A stretch of 58,836 nt of DNA, counting the filler, from Dirinaria sp. TL-2023a (Eukaryota): assembly GCA_051941275.1 (NCBI GenBank). It is 3 parts of 3 records of this genome, joined end to end, with 100 filler letters (N's around TTAATTAATTAA, not from the genome) between each part and the next. Parts side by side here need not be neighbours in the genome. Positions count along the whole stretch, not along the records: positions 1 to 19,564 come from JAVEBF010000325.1; 2 more parts are not named here. One strand, given 5' to 3'. The notes under the pieces are model-generated. The model did no database searches. It was not told the DNA's origin and was given only the letters and a program-made list of their open reading frames with translations. This document shows positions 1-12,500 of this stretch, in pieces (the first letter of the stretch is position 1; each line of letters begins with the position of its first letter). The translations under genes and the position numbers were made by a program.

Positions 1-581
1 AAGCTAGCCGGGCTGGCAGTCGCAGCAGGTAAATTGATCCCCCCCCCCCAAAAATCCTTCACCTACTACATCCTTTGCTCGAAGAACCATCTATCCAAAT
101 TCGCTCACAAAAAACCTGGGCGGTACCAATTGGGCTAATTCTATTTTCTTTTCGATAAAAAAAAATATGCAGGCGCCGTCTACTTCTTCAACCCATTCCG
201 CACGCCAGGCGTTGAAAACATCGAGAAACGCTATAGCATCGGGGGAGCCACGCCGACTCACACGCCCGCGACTTCTACAAGAAGGGGGGATGCGAATCAT
301 GTAGTGGCAAATCAGGAGGCGCATAAGGGTGTTGGGACACCGCATTTCGAGGAGCAACATGCGGGTCAGAAACCGGATGTGAGTCGTGCGTATTTTTTTA
401 TCTTCGTCTGACCTTGCTGGTCATTTCGTGAGCGATGATGTGATTCGCAACGAGCTGGGAAGAGAAGGGGTTTTACGGCCAAAGCATTAGGAGCAGATGC
501 TAATACGTGGTTTGGGTGCAGCCATCACCGTTTGATAAGAAGTGGAATGAGGCGAACTACGGCGCAAGCAAGGGCAAATAG
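1..581 (+). CDS. Small spliced hypothetical protein, 5' end outside window (exons 1-28, 173-378, 522-581)
   Basis: Donors GTAAAT (29) and GTGAGT (379), GCTAAT branch points and CAG acceptors (172, 521) join into one open frame KLAGLAVAAGAVYFFNPFRTPGVENIEKRYSIGGATPTHTP...PSPFDKKWNEANYGASKGK*. Absent from the ORF track. Confidence 0.75.
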
Positions 582-1234
582 GAATATTAATGGGGAAAAT
601 GTATCAAAGGGTGATTTGTTCAGATTCTGTTGGCATTTCTAAGCGGCATATGCTGGCGTTTTCACGGCGAGTCGATTCCACTGCGTTCAAGGCTGGTGAC
701 GTGTCGCCACTCCAAACCAATTGGTGCTTTTTGGAACCTTGATGGATATAAGGTATATTGAACCACATTTGCTTTTTGTGCTCGGCAGTCTTAGGAGACA
801 ATGCATAGAATATAGACGCAAAGGTACCGGTCGGGAGATGAATACTTCGTATAGGTCTGTTAGCTTATAAAGATGAATTCCCTTGAAGAATGCTGAGAGA
901 GCGGATCCCTTAAAATTGTTTTAACAATTTGACTTCCAAAACATCCGTCCTTGCAACCTGTGGGTAGGCTCCCTCGAATGTTGCAAGCAGTCCTGTCGGA
1001 CTTGGCAGGTATACGATTCACCATATGCATCAGCTGCCGCCGCGGCAACGTAGGAGAGGCCTTGAGGACGGTCCACGGCATCACATCATAATGGTTAAGC
1101 GGCAGATCACCCAAGTGAAGCCTCCATTGTCAAGATGCTTGCATGGAAACCGTTTTGTGAATATGCATTGCATGCTAGCTAGGCCGCGCCTCGTACGAAT
1201 TGTAATCAGTATCGAGCTCACTAACACATGATCC

Positions 1235-1984
1235 TCAACGATCTCCTCGCACAATACCTTCGAATCGATTCTTAAACCACTTTACAGTCTCGGCCTGGTT
1301 TATGCGATGGCTTGCGCCGACCTTACTCTTGCACCGTCTTCGCTTCGCAACTCGTGCGCCGGGTCTCGACCTGTACACATTATTAGGATGTCTAGGCCTG
1401 TAAAAGCCGCGAAAAAGTCCCTCGACTTCGCAACGACTCACATGCAGCAGTAGAAGTCCATTCCATAGATACCAATCGCCGGGTCATACTTGATCCCCAA
1501 ATCAATATGTTCACTGATCCCAAATCCGAAATTGCCCGTCTCCGAGAAGTTCTTCTTCCTCAATTCGTACTCCTTTACTTTAAGACCGCGCTCGAGGATC
1601 TCTTCGGCCTTGGGACCGCGGACTGTGACGTGGACGGCGATTTTTTCGTTGCGGCGGATACCAAAGGTACGGACGGTGTAGCGGGCTTTGCCTACGAAGA
1701 GCAATATTGGTCAGAAACCAATCTGGCACATGACCCAGGACCCGGGGGGGGGGGCGAGTGGAAGCGTACTATAGACTGGCGTTTGACCACTTAATTGTTC
1801 GAGCACCTTCGCTGCACGAGTGAGCCTGTCGCCGGATTCGCCGACGGAGATGTTCAGGACGAGTTTCTCGATGCGGAGCTCCCGCATGGGGTTCGCGTTC
1901 TTGTCTTTCTTAGAATCCGCCTGTTGACAGGGAGCATTAGCAGTCTGTAATTGCGAAGCGCCAGATTACAAGGTAGTTTACCAT
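1235..1984 (-). CDS. RPL11: 60S ribosomal protein L11 (uL5), 4 exons
   Basis: ATG-only first exon (1982-1984), then [41 protein letters not shown] / [26 protein letters not shown]...[11 protein letters not shown] / [12 protein letters not shown]. Canonical GT-AG introns. Confidence 0.97.
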
Positions 1985-2248
1985 GGCTGTAGAGGAGGTA
2001 GTGAAAGCTCGATATCGAGTCTGATATATCGTCGATATGCTTTTGGATGCTGGTCAGGTTGTGGGCAGATTTACTTTAGGCGAGGACGCTTAGCGCGGTT
2101 AAATTCCTTGGCGCAGCGAAATTGCGGATCTGTAAAACAGCTTGTGATAGTAGAAGACAAGCTCTCCCTTTTACAGGTCCCAGGCATTTTGATTCATATA
2201 TCTACGAAGAAACCAACTGGTCGCGTCTGCGACTTGAGACTGCCCAGA
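1985..2248. promoter_or_regulatory. Short bidirectional promoter between RPL11 and SmB
   Basis: The two start codons (1984 minus, 2249 plus) diverge with only 264 bp between them. Confidence 0.6.
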
Positions 2249-3233
2249 ATGGCAAACAAACAGGGGAAGATGGTGAGTCTCTATCTCTCAGAACTCAAAG
2301 GTCTAGCTCTTGTTGACTGAATCAAAACAGCTAATGTGGGACACAGCAAAATCTCGTGAGCCCAAGCCTAGCATCCGGAAAAGCATCATTCAGCTTATAA
2401 CATTTTCAGATTAACTACCGTATGCGCATAACTCTCAACGATGGCCGCCAAATGACCGGACAAATGCTCGCCTTTGACAAAGTATATCCACCCAAACGCT
2501 CCAACACCGACCCACGTTTAGAGGAGCTTCTCGACTAATAACATGTTTTACAGCACATGAATCTCGTTCTAGCAGACACCGAAGAATTCCGGCGCGTCAA
2601 GCGCAAGCCCACCAAAGGCGCATCCTCAGCACCGGGCGCCAGCACACCTGCGCTCGTCGAATCCGAAGAAAAGCGGACTCTCGGCCTCACCATCGTGCGC
2701 GGTACACATATCGTTTCCTGCTCCGTCGACGGTCCACCGCCTGCCGACGCTTCCGCCAGGTTAGGCACGAGCGCGCCTGGAGGTGCAGGGGGTGCACCTT
2801 CTACATTGACCGCTGGACCGGGGATCAGTCGGCCTGCAGGCCGAGGTTTGCCTGTTGGATTGAGTGGGCCGGCGGTGGGTGTGGGAGGACCAGCGCCGCC
2901 AGGAGGGTTTCCAGGGTTTCCACCAGGCGGTTTCCCCGGAGGTGCACCACCGGGCTTTGCAGGCAGGGGAGGACCACCAGGCGGAGGGCCTCGTAAGTCA
3001 TCTTTGGGAGGGAATACTATCCCGATTTGATTACTGATTGTCGTGCTTCTAGCTGGTTTTGCACCACCACCTGGATTCCAAGGTGGACCACGTGAGTGAC
3101 CCATATCTGCCGCTACTGTCGGAGTGCATGTGCTGACCGTACTATAGCACAAGGATTCCAGCCACCACCGGGTTTCCAGCCTCCTCCTGGTGGCCGGGGT
3201 TTCCCTCCACCTGGGTTTGGCGGGAACCGATAG
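2249..3233 (+). CDS. SMB1: Small nuclear ribonucleoprotein SmB/B', 6 exons including a 9-nt microexon
   Basis: MANKQGKM / QNL / INYRMRITLNDGRQMTGQMLAFDK / HMNLVLADTEEFRRVKRK...EKRTLGLTIVRGTHIVS (Sm1 and Sm2 motifs) followed by a Pro/Gly-rich tail; stop TAG at 3231-3233. Confidence 0.95.
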
Positions 3234-3791
3234 CCAATTTATCGCGTTAAAGCAGGGTTTACGATTGCGCTCCCAAAGTTGGCTCGCAATGAATCCAGTG
3301 CTGGAGCAAATTCAAAAGGCTAGAGAAAATGCCGGGCAAGCATTGCAGCGGTCGGCGTTTGGGTGGACTCATTCGAGTATACACCGCGAAAAGCAATAAT
3401 TTTGTCGGTGCCAGGCGAACGAACCTTGGTGGAAGAGATCGCTAGGGTCGTGGCTATGGCCAACGTATTCAAACAGCCGAGCGCAGACGGGACAATAGCG
3501 CAGTGGGACATAGCCATGATCAGTTCTGAAAAATCAAAAAGGGAAAAACTTCGAGAGGAGAGATAATCCTTTCTCTTAAGATCTTCCTGATCAATAATCC
3601 CAGCAATAGTTATACAGCCATCATACCAGCCAGTGTGTCCCTTTCTCCCTTTCCCTTTCCCTTTCCCCCAAGGCACCCAAACAAGCAAGTAAGCAAGCAA
3701 GCAAGCAATCGACCGTCTCAATTAAGAATCAAAAAACTCCAATGAGCACCCCCGCTGCTGGAACCCTTGTCCTTCAGGTAAGGTATTCGTC

Positions 3792-4246
3792 TCACTTCCC
3801 AGCCCCCTTAGTCCAACTACAAACACCCCACCATATCATCAGCACAAGAATTTGCCAACCAAGCTCACAAATACACAACACCAAAAAGAAAGAAAGAAAA
3901 AAGAAAAAAAAAAAAGGAAAAAGAAAGAAAGAGCCACACACCTCTGCCACATTCCCCCCAGAATCCCGGGTTTATTGCTCTGCTCCGCGAAACTCTGTTT
4001 GCGCGCCTCGGCGGCGATGTCGGTCGAATTGCGCTTCTGGTTCATCAAGCCGGCGAATTTGCCCGCTGAGGAGGAGGCCGAGGACTGTGTTGGCACGGAA
4101 CCCACCAGGTTTTAGTGAGTGATGATGGAAGGGAAAGGGGAAGGGGAGAAAAAGAGAGGAGGGAGGGGAGAAATTACACGACGTCGTCCATTACCACCAG
4201 CGGTATTCAGGTCATTGGAGGAGGTGGATTTGGTGGGGGAGGACAT
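3792..4246 (-). CDS. About 79-aa fungal microprotein, conidiation-specific protein (con-8-like) family, 3 exons
   Basis: MSSPTKSTSSNDLNTAGGNGRRR / SSASSSAGKFAGLMNQKRNSTDIAAEARKQSFAEQSNKPGILGGMWQ / SWTKGAGK*, with GTAATT and GTGTGT donors and pyrimidine-rich introns. Family label is from recall of the RRRSS...F..L..QKR...RR.S pattern. Confidence 0.7.
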
Positions 4247-4988
4247 GTTTTCTTCTTTTTTTTCTTTGGTTGTTTATGTTTGTGTTGCTTTTCCTTTGTT
4301 TTAGGAAGAGTATGTGGAGCGTAGAAACGGTTTTGCTAGTAGGAAGTTGTGAAGTGTGAGGAGGTAAGGGGGGAATGGAATTGGAATGGGGATTGGAGCT
4401 GGAACTGGGAAGGAAACATGAATAAAGTATGATCTCATGATATGCTGCCCCTTTGAGGCATAGTACTGTACTGTAATAATAGGGGGGGGAACTGATAAGA
4501 AGCACTACTTTCCAGGGCAATCGATTGCCCCCGCCATTTAATGCATGCGGGGCAATTGAGAGATCGAGACATAAGGTAAGGTAAGTACTTTAGAGACTTG
4601 AAAGCCCCCGCTGTCACGTGCAAATCAGAACTGCATACCTTAAGGTAGCTAGTAGAGCCAATCAGGTGGGTATCTTACCAACTTACTTTACTTACTGTAT
4701 ATTCACAATTTCAATGCATCTGGTATTATTGGTGTGATGAGTGAATTTGGTCTCTCGTTATTCCGTTCACCAGTTCTTCTTGGGCGGCGATACCTCAGGG
4801 ACCTTATGCCTGTCCGCCAATTACTTTATGGCGCTTTCCCATGATATGGTGACGTTGATGGATAATACTATTCAATCAAGACGGGACTTTAAGAATGTCT
4901 ATTGGACCAAAGCCTCCCAACCAAAGCAATAGCGCCTCCTCCGCAACAGTAACCCGACACTGACCCTTCTCGTCTACAAGTACCTAGT

Positions 4989-7900
4989 TTATTTGACAAT
5001 CTTACAGATCAAGTCTTGCCCATCGACTGAGTCGCCCTCTTTGACCTGCAGACTCCCAACCTTGCCCGAATGCGGCGCGCTGATGACCATCTCCATCTTC
5101 ATCGCACTCAGCACAGCGACAGGGTCGCCCTTCTTGACTTCACCGCCATCGTGCACCCGCACCTCAACCACGACCCCCGACATCGGTGCGCCCACCTGGC
5201 TGCTGTCGCTGCTGTCCGCTTTGGCCCGGCTGACGTTCTCAACCGCCGCCTTCTTGTCCTCCACTGTCACCTGCCGCACCTCTCCGTTCATCTCGTAGAA
5301 CACCTCGCGCTGGCCCGTCTGCTCCGACAGAGGCCCTATCGCCAGAAGTTTCAGGATGAGTACCTTGCCCTTCTCCAGCTCCACGTGGAATTCCTCCCCG
5401 ACTTCGGGCTTCGAGAGGAAATAACGAGTCGGCAAGACGCTGAGGTCCCCGTACTTGGCAACGAATTTGCGGTAATCTTCAAACACCTTCGGGTACATGG
5501 CGTAGCTGGCCACGTCGCACTCCGAAGCGCTGCCGAACCTTTCGTTGATATCAGTTTTGATTTTCTTGAGATCCAGGGGCTCCAGGGTCAAGCCGGGCCG
5601 CTTATCAAGCTTGCGACGTCCACGAAGAGCGTCTGATCGCAGTGGCTCAGGGAAGCCGCCATATGGTTGGCCCATTAGCCCCTCGAAGAACTCCAGCACG
5701 GACCCGGGGAAATCGAGCTCCTTTGCTTTCTTCTGGACGTCGTCGTAGCTGAGCTTGTTCGAGACCATGAACTGTGCCAAGTCACCGACAACTTTGGAGG
5801 TTGGCGTCACCTTGACAATATCACCAAGAAGATCGTTCGCCTGTTCGTAAGCTTTCTTCGTCGCTGCCCACTGTGTGCCTAGGCCCAGTTGTGAGGCTTG
5901 GAAGATCAGGTTCGTTAATTGACCCCCGGGAATCTCGTGCTCGTATACTTCAGGATCGGGGCCTGTAAGGTTGGCTTCAAATGGTGAGTACAGTAGACGG
6001 AGTTGCGCCCAGTAATGATCCAGTGCCCGTACGTGATGGACGTTGAGGCCGGGCTCCAGACCACTGCCTTCCAAAGAGGCCAGAAGGGCGCCAACGCTGG
6101 GTTGAGATGTCATACCAGACATGCTGTCCGTCGCGGTGTCAACAGCGTCGGCACCAGCCTCAGCACAAGCGACGTATGTCGCAACCCCAGTCCCTGCCGA
6201 GTCATGTGTGTGGACATGGATCGGGATGTCAGGATACTTTTTGCGGATAGAACCGATTAGCCTTGTAGCCGCCTTCGGTTTCAGGACACCAGCCATATCT
6301 TTGATACCGATGATGTGGGTGCCGATCTTAACAATCTTCTCAACGAGGTCCATGTAGTACTCCAGATTGTACTTCTTTCGAGGGTTCAAAGAATCCCCGC
6401 TGTAGCAGACCGTGCCTTCCACAACACCACCAGCCTTCTGCACAGCTTTCATACCTACCTCGAGCTGATCAATGTCGTTGAGAGCATCAAAGATACGGAA
6501 TATGTCGACACCGTACCTCTTTGCTTGCTCACAGAAATGATAGATTGCATTGTCAGGTAGCCTGTAACCGTCAGCAGAAGGGATGGTAAGACTGTCCGGG
6601 TTACTCACGAGGAGTAAGCGACGCCGTTGGCGCCACGGAGCAACATTTGGAAAGGGATGTTTGGGACAGCTCGCCTCATCTTCCTGAGTCGATCCCAAGG
6701 GTCTTCGTAGAGGAATCGCATCGCAACATCAAACGTGGCACCACCCCAGCACTCGAGACTGAATGCATTGCTGTATGTGTAGCTTGTCTCGCTGGCAATG
6801 TTCAGTAAATCTACGGTGCGCACTCTTGTCGCAAGTAGGGATTGATGAGCATCACGCCATGTGGTGTCCATAAGTAGACAACCTTTGTTGGCACGGACTG
6901 CTTTGGCAAAGCCTTCTGGACCTTCTTTGTCAAGGACCTGTTTCCATCCCTTTTGGCAGGGCACTGAGGTATCAATGACTTGCCCTTTCTCATCCAGCAA
7001 TTCCGGGATGACGATATCACCCTTGAACTTGGGCTCGCCAATTTGACCCTTGATACTGCTACCGTTTACTGCAAGGTCTCCAAGATACCCTAGAAGCTTC
7101 TGCGCACGATTTTGGCTTCCAACAAGAGCGAAAAGCTCCGGTGTGTCATCAATGAACGTTGTCCAACAGTTGCCCGCAATGAAAGTTGGATGTGTTAAGA
7201 GGGAGCCGAGGAACGGTATGTTGGTCTTCACGCCACGGATACGGAATTCAACTAAAGCGCGAAGCATTTTCCTCCGCACAATCTCGTATGTCGACGCCAG
7301 ACAAGTGCACTTCACCAGCATAGAATCGTAGAAAGGTGTAATGATGGCGCCAGCAAATCCATTGCCGCCGTCCAGCCGTACACCGTTACCGCCAGCAGAA
7401 CGATATACCTCGATTTTGCCTGTGTCAGGTGAAAATCCTTTGGCAGGATCCTCGGTAGTAATCCTGCATTGAATGGCGAAGCCTCTTGTAGAGATCCGGT
7501 CTTGGGTCAGACCGAGCTGCTCCAGACTCGCACCTGCAGCAATTTGGATCTGAGCAGCCACAATGTCGATACCCGTGATCTCTTCCGTGATCGTATGCTC
7601 GACCTGGATGCGAGGGTTGATCTCAATAAAGTAGTGCCTGTTTTGCTGATCCACCAGAAACTCGGCCGTTCCAGCGTTGCGGTAATTAGCCGTTCTCGCT
7701 AGCTTGACTGCATCTTCTAAGATCTGATCACGTACTTCCTCTTTAAGGTCTTTGGCTGGGGCTAATTCAACGACTTTCTGATGCCGTCTTTGAACACTGC
7801 AGTCACGTTCGTACAAGTGAACTATATTTCCATGATTATCTCCGAGCAGCTGAACCTCAATATGTTTCGGCCTATCAAGGAATCTTTCAACGAAGACTGT

Positions 7901-8593
7901 GCCGTTACCAAAAGCCGACTTCGCTTCTGAGGTGGCTCTCTCAAACGAGTCTTTCAAATCTGACTGCTCCCTGACGACCCGCATCCCGCGTCCACCGCCT
8001 CCAAAGGCGGCCTTGATGATGATCGGGAACCCGTACTTATCAGTAAAGGCCTTGACGTCTTCATACTTTTCCACTGGACCGTCGGTTCCCGGCACCACGG
8101 GCACATTGGACTTTATTGCGAGTGTCCGGGCGGAGACCTTGTCACCCAGCGCGTCAATGGTATCTCCTGACGGGCCAACAAAAATCAAACCAGCTGCTTC
8201 CACCTTCCGCGCGAACTCGGCGTTTTCGGACAGAAAGCCGTAGCCAGGGTGGATCAGGTTGACGTCGTGCTGCTTGGCGATCTCGATTATCTCGTCTTGA
8301 GCGAGGTATGCCCCAACGGGTGTGTATTGACCTCGTTTGCCGATCACATACGCTTCATCCGCCTTTTGCCTGTGCATACTCAACCGGTCCTCGTAGCTGA
8401 AGACAGCCACGGTCTGCAAGGACAGCTCATGTGCAGTTCGGAAGATCCGAATGGGTATTTCTCCTCTGTTGGCAACTAAAATCTTCTTCAGTTGCATAAT
8501 GGTGGAGTTGGCTCGCAGCCGCTGGTGTACCGAGTGCTCCGTGCCCGAATGGCCGGCATCGAAGAACTCGGCATACTTGTCATCCTCCGCCAT
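4989..8593 (-). CDS. PYC: Pyruvate carboxylase, one intron (6562-6608)
   Basis: Biotin carboxylase domain (ANRGEIP, GGGGRGMR, RDCSVQRRHQKV), carboxyltransferase domain (RDAHQSL, HVHTHD) and biotin attachment motif AMKM. The two ORF-track pieces join through GTGAGT...CAG. Confidence 0.98.
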
Positions 8594-9534
8594 GGCGAAG
8601 CGTAAGGATGCGATCGAAGGGAGGCCAATTGAAGTTGCGATAAGCTGAGAGGGTAAGAGGAGCTGTAGAACAACTAGAACTGTGCTTTTGAAGGGCCAAC
8701 TGGAGATAGAGTAGATATGTAGGTATACAAGTGCAGGATGCTTGGGGGAAAGAAAGGAACAGAGGACAATAAATCAGGAAGCTTGATGGGGGATAGTGGG
8801 GGAATTTCTGATAGGTGTCAATTGGACCCCTCGGACCGTCGGACGTCCCACACTTTCAATTCACTCTGCCCTCAACCGACAGCACTCCTCAGCTAAATTC
8901 CTGACCGTCTCCCACACCAAGACACCCCCGGAGCGACGGAAGCAACCGCGCCGGAGATTCGCCGCACTTTCCTTTAGTCAGCGAACTTACTGTACCTTAA
9001 AAGTACCTTCTATGTAAATTGATAACGGAGATACTTTTGCGTACAGATTAGATGAAAAGTAAAGTAAGTACACCTCACTCCGTCTGCGATTACCTACTTT
9101 GGGCAAAGGTCGGTAGGTAGTTGCTCGAGAGACTTGCATACGAGCATATCTTGAGGTACGTACCTTAGATCCATCTACATGCCACCACCGGAATAGGGAA
9201 CCCCCGAGTGAAACATTGATTCTCACGGTGATGCGTGCATAGTTCGAAAAAAGCTTTAGATGCTGCTCGTCTAAAATAATACAAAGTGTCGAAAGCTCGC
9301 TCAACCGCATTATTCCGATGCTTTCCACATAGTACACACGGCTGCTCCTCGTGACGCCCGGCCGATCATTGCAAACGCGTCCTCCCATTTTATGCCCAGA
9401 TACTATCGGCGTATCTTCCACGTCATCGCTCCTATGGGGCCAAGTCTAAGGTAAAGAACAATTTCTCTTTCCTCCTAGCCGCTTCCTGCACCACAATCCA
9501 TCCACGTGGTATCGACATTTTACCGCTCTCTGCA

Positions 9535-12500
9535 TCAGAAACCCCGGTATCCCGTCGGTTGCGGTGCAATCCCATTCGTCTGTGAGTAAGGCATGGGGCT
9601 CGGTGCTCCTCCCTGAGTCAGCAGGAGCCGCGATCCGCCCAGGATCGGCGTGTTATCTTCTTCCTTCTGGTCCTTGGCTTCGCGCGCCTTACGCTCCTCG
9701 TTGTCCTTCTTAAGCGTGTCGATCGTCGCTGCCTGTTGACTCATGTAGTTGATCATGAAAGGCATGGTGAAGTCCGTGAGGCCATGACGCCACGACAGCT
9801 CCATAACCACATGAAGCCGAACCAGGTCGTAACAGGCATACAGCATGCCAACGTAGCATTCGCGGCTGCCGATGTCGACAAACTAGGGCTGGGTCAGTTC
9901 GTTCAAGCTAAAAATGGGATGAGAGAACATACATAGCGAAGCAGATCTTCCACCACATCAGTCTTGCCTGAGATGGCTGCGGTCTCGATGGCATCCTTGA
10001 ACAGCTTGTCCTGCTTTGATAGAGCGATAGATTTCTCCCACCGCTTGTTCTTGCGGTAGATGCTGGCTGCGATCTGTCGGAAGAAGACAAGCTCATGGCG
10101 CTCCAAACGAGAGGCCAAATCTACCGCGTCATAATTATCGTAATTCTCGACCGAATCCCGCAGAGTCTTGTAATCTTCTTCCTCAATAAGCAGATCGTTG
10201 ATCGCATTGTTGACTGTTTTCTTATTCTGTGTCTGCACATTGAGCAGGAAAGGCTTGATGAGAGGGATGTTGTCCGATTTTTCAAACATCCTAACTACCC
10301 GGTTGACATCAACACGCGCAGTTAGAGCTTGTAGTAAGTCTGTCAGCAGCAAAGGCTGCTCCTGCAAGTAGAAATTCAAAGCCCGGTAGTAGATCTCCAG
10401 GTTGGCTACTTTGACGATGATGTCTTTGAATGAGTGATGTTCCCAAGCATCCGATGCACGTTCCATCATGGCAAGGGCCGCATTGTCCCACTCGTCGTAG
10501 TGGCAATACAGGAATATTAGCTCAGGCCATAGTTGTGCATCTTCACATGCACGAATCATTTTTGGGATATTAATCCGAGACCAAAAAATCTTCAGATGCT
10601 CCATCACCCGATCTGGATGATACTTCGATAGAGCAATTCCTAGCTCGGTGAACATCCCCATGTGTGCTCGCTCTAGGCCCAGGCCAGCTTCGAGGAGAGA
10701 GATCAATTCGTCGAAGTAGCCGCTCCTCTCGTATTGCTTGACCAGGTCTTGGAGTTCCTCGGCGTGGACAATGAGGTTAAGGCCGCAAATTTGGGCTAAG
10801 CGGAATTCTTTCTTCCCCACACAAGCCTCATTGACTTGCTTCCACACCTTTACACTATTAGCTTTGCGAGCACATTCGACAGCCGCTTGGTAATCTTCTA
10901 AATGCACAAGTGTGGTAGCAAGCTTAGCCCAATTGGAGATGCTGGTGAAGAAGATCTTAGCCGCCTGGTGAAACCCTTCCTCGTAGGCTTTGTCGCCAGA
11001 GACTTCAACATCTGCAACATTTGTTCCGTGAAGGAAGTCTTCGAGCTCACTCAGCTGATCAGTCCGTGCATAGCAGAATGCAAGGGCGGTATCAATCGCG
11101 GGTTCTCTTTGCGTTTTCCGAGCCATTCGCAGATACTTGATGAGATCCTCGTCCTTGCCAGCACGTGTAGCTATGTCGATGACCTCATTATGATTACTGG
11201 GATCGCCTGCACGGATATATGACTCGATCCCATCACTGACACGCAGCCCATCCAGCTGTGCCTTGGCAACCTTGCTCCAGACTTCGGGAAGCTCAACGCG
11301 CTCGGCGTATTCCTGTGCACGATCAATGCTGATCACATGCTCCACAAGAACATTCGTTGCGGCAAGATGATTGTCTTCCTTGTCATAGATTTCGAAAGCT
11401 TCCTCGTACAAACCGACGGAAATACACATATTTGCAATCTCCTCGGTGTTGTAGGCAGACAGCCGGTGAATATAATCCTTGACTCGGCCCTTGTCAGCTT
11501 TGGTAGCGGTAAGCATGAGCAGGTTTTGAAGGCTGCCGTTGTCACTAAAAGGAGATGGTTCCAGAATAATCTTCTCGAGGAGGTCAATAAGTTCTGCTGG
11601 CATGTCGGCATCGAGGAAAGCCTTAACGGCTACAGAAACCTTGTCCGGCTCAGTAGACTCAGGGACCGCGGTGGAAGTGACCTGATCCACAAGCGATTGA
11701 CGATGCATGTTATTTCCGTTGAGAACAAATGCCCAAATCTCCAGATCAGCTCGTTCTAGTAAGTACCTAGACTGCGCCTTGTACATTGAGTTCTCATTCG
11801 TGATGTTGATAAGCTCAAGATCATTTTGACCCTTGCGATAGGCAATGTATGCCAAGTTGGGATCGCGCTTCTCGCAATATTTCCCTACAATCAGAGTATC
11901 GTACATGTCGTTCTCCTTCAAGAACTTCTCTGGATTGTTATTGCTATCGATGTAAATCTTGGCCAAGGCGTTATACACAGCCTGCTGTTGGTTGCCGCTT
12001 GCAAGAGTAGCCTCGAGGAACGGAAGAAGCAATTTGAGACGATTCCGGGACTCGACTTCGGGTACGAGGTCATCTATTGGGATACGACCTGGATCGGCTG
12101 TCTGTAAGAGATTCTTAATGACGGATTCATCACAATCCACATCAAGCAGTGCGCCGATCACGAATGGTGTTTTCGCCGGGTTGACTTGCTGCACATATAC
12201 CTCGATGGACTTGAATTGCTGGTTCTGGTACAAGTAGAGAACCAGATCGTGGACGAAATTGAATCGGTCGCAGACAATGATGAGTGGTAATTGGTCTGGT
12301 AGTCTAGCTTCCTTCAAGAAATTCTTGACCTTTTCAGGGTTGTAGTGATCATTCTCACGGCATATGCGTTGCACCTCCGAGAACTGTTGCATCTTGGTTG
12401 CAGCTTCGATATATTTGAAGACAACCTCTGGGTCCTGGCTGAGGTTGACTACACTGCCAAGATAATAATACAAGCCTTCCGCTGTGCGATATCTCTCAAA

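Noticed and set aside
2535..3152. 205-aa antisense ORF over SmB, and similar antisense ORFs over PYC, CHC1, GCD11 and NHP6
   Set aside because: Shadow ORFs of GC-rich coding sequence.
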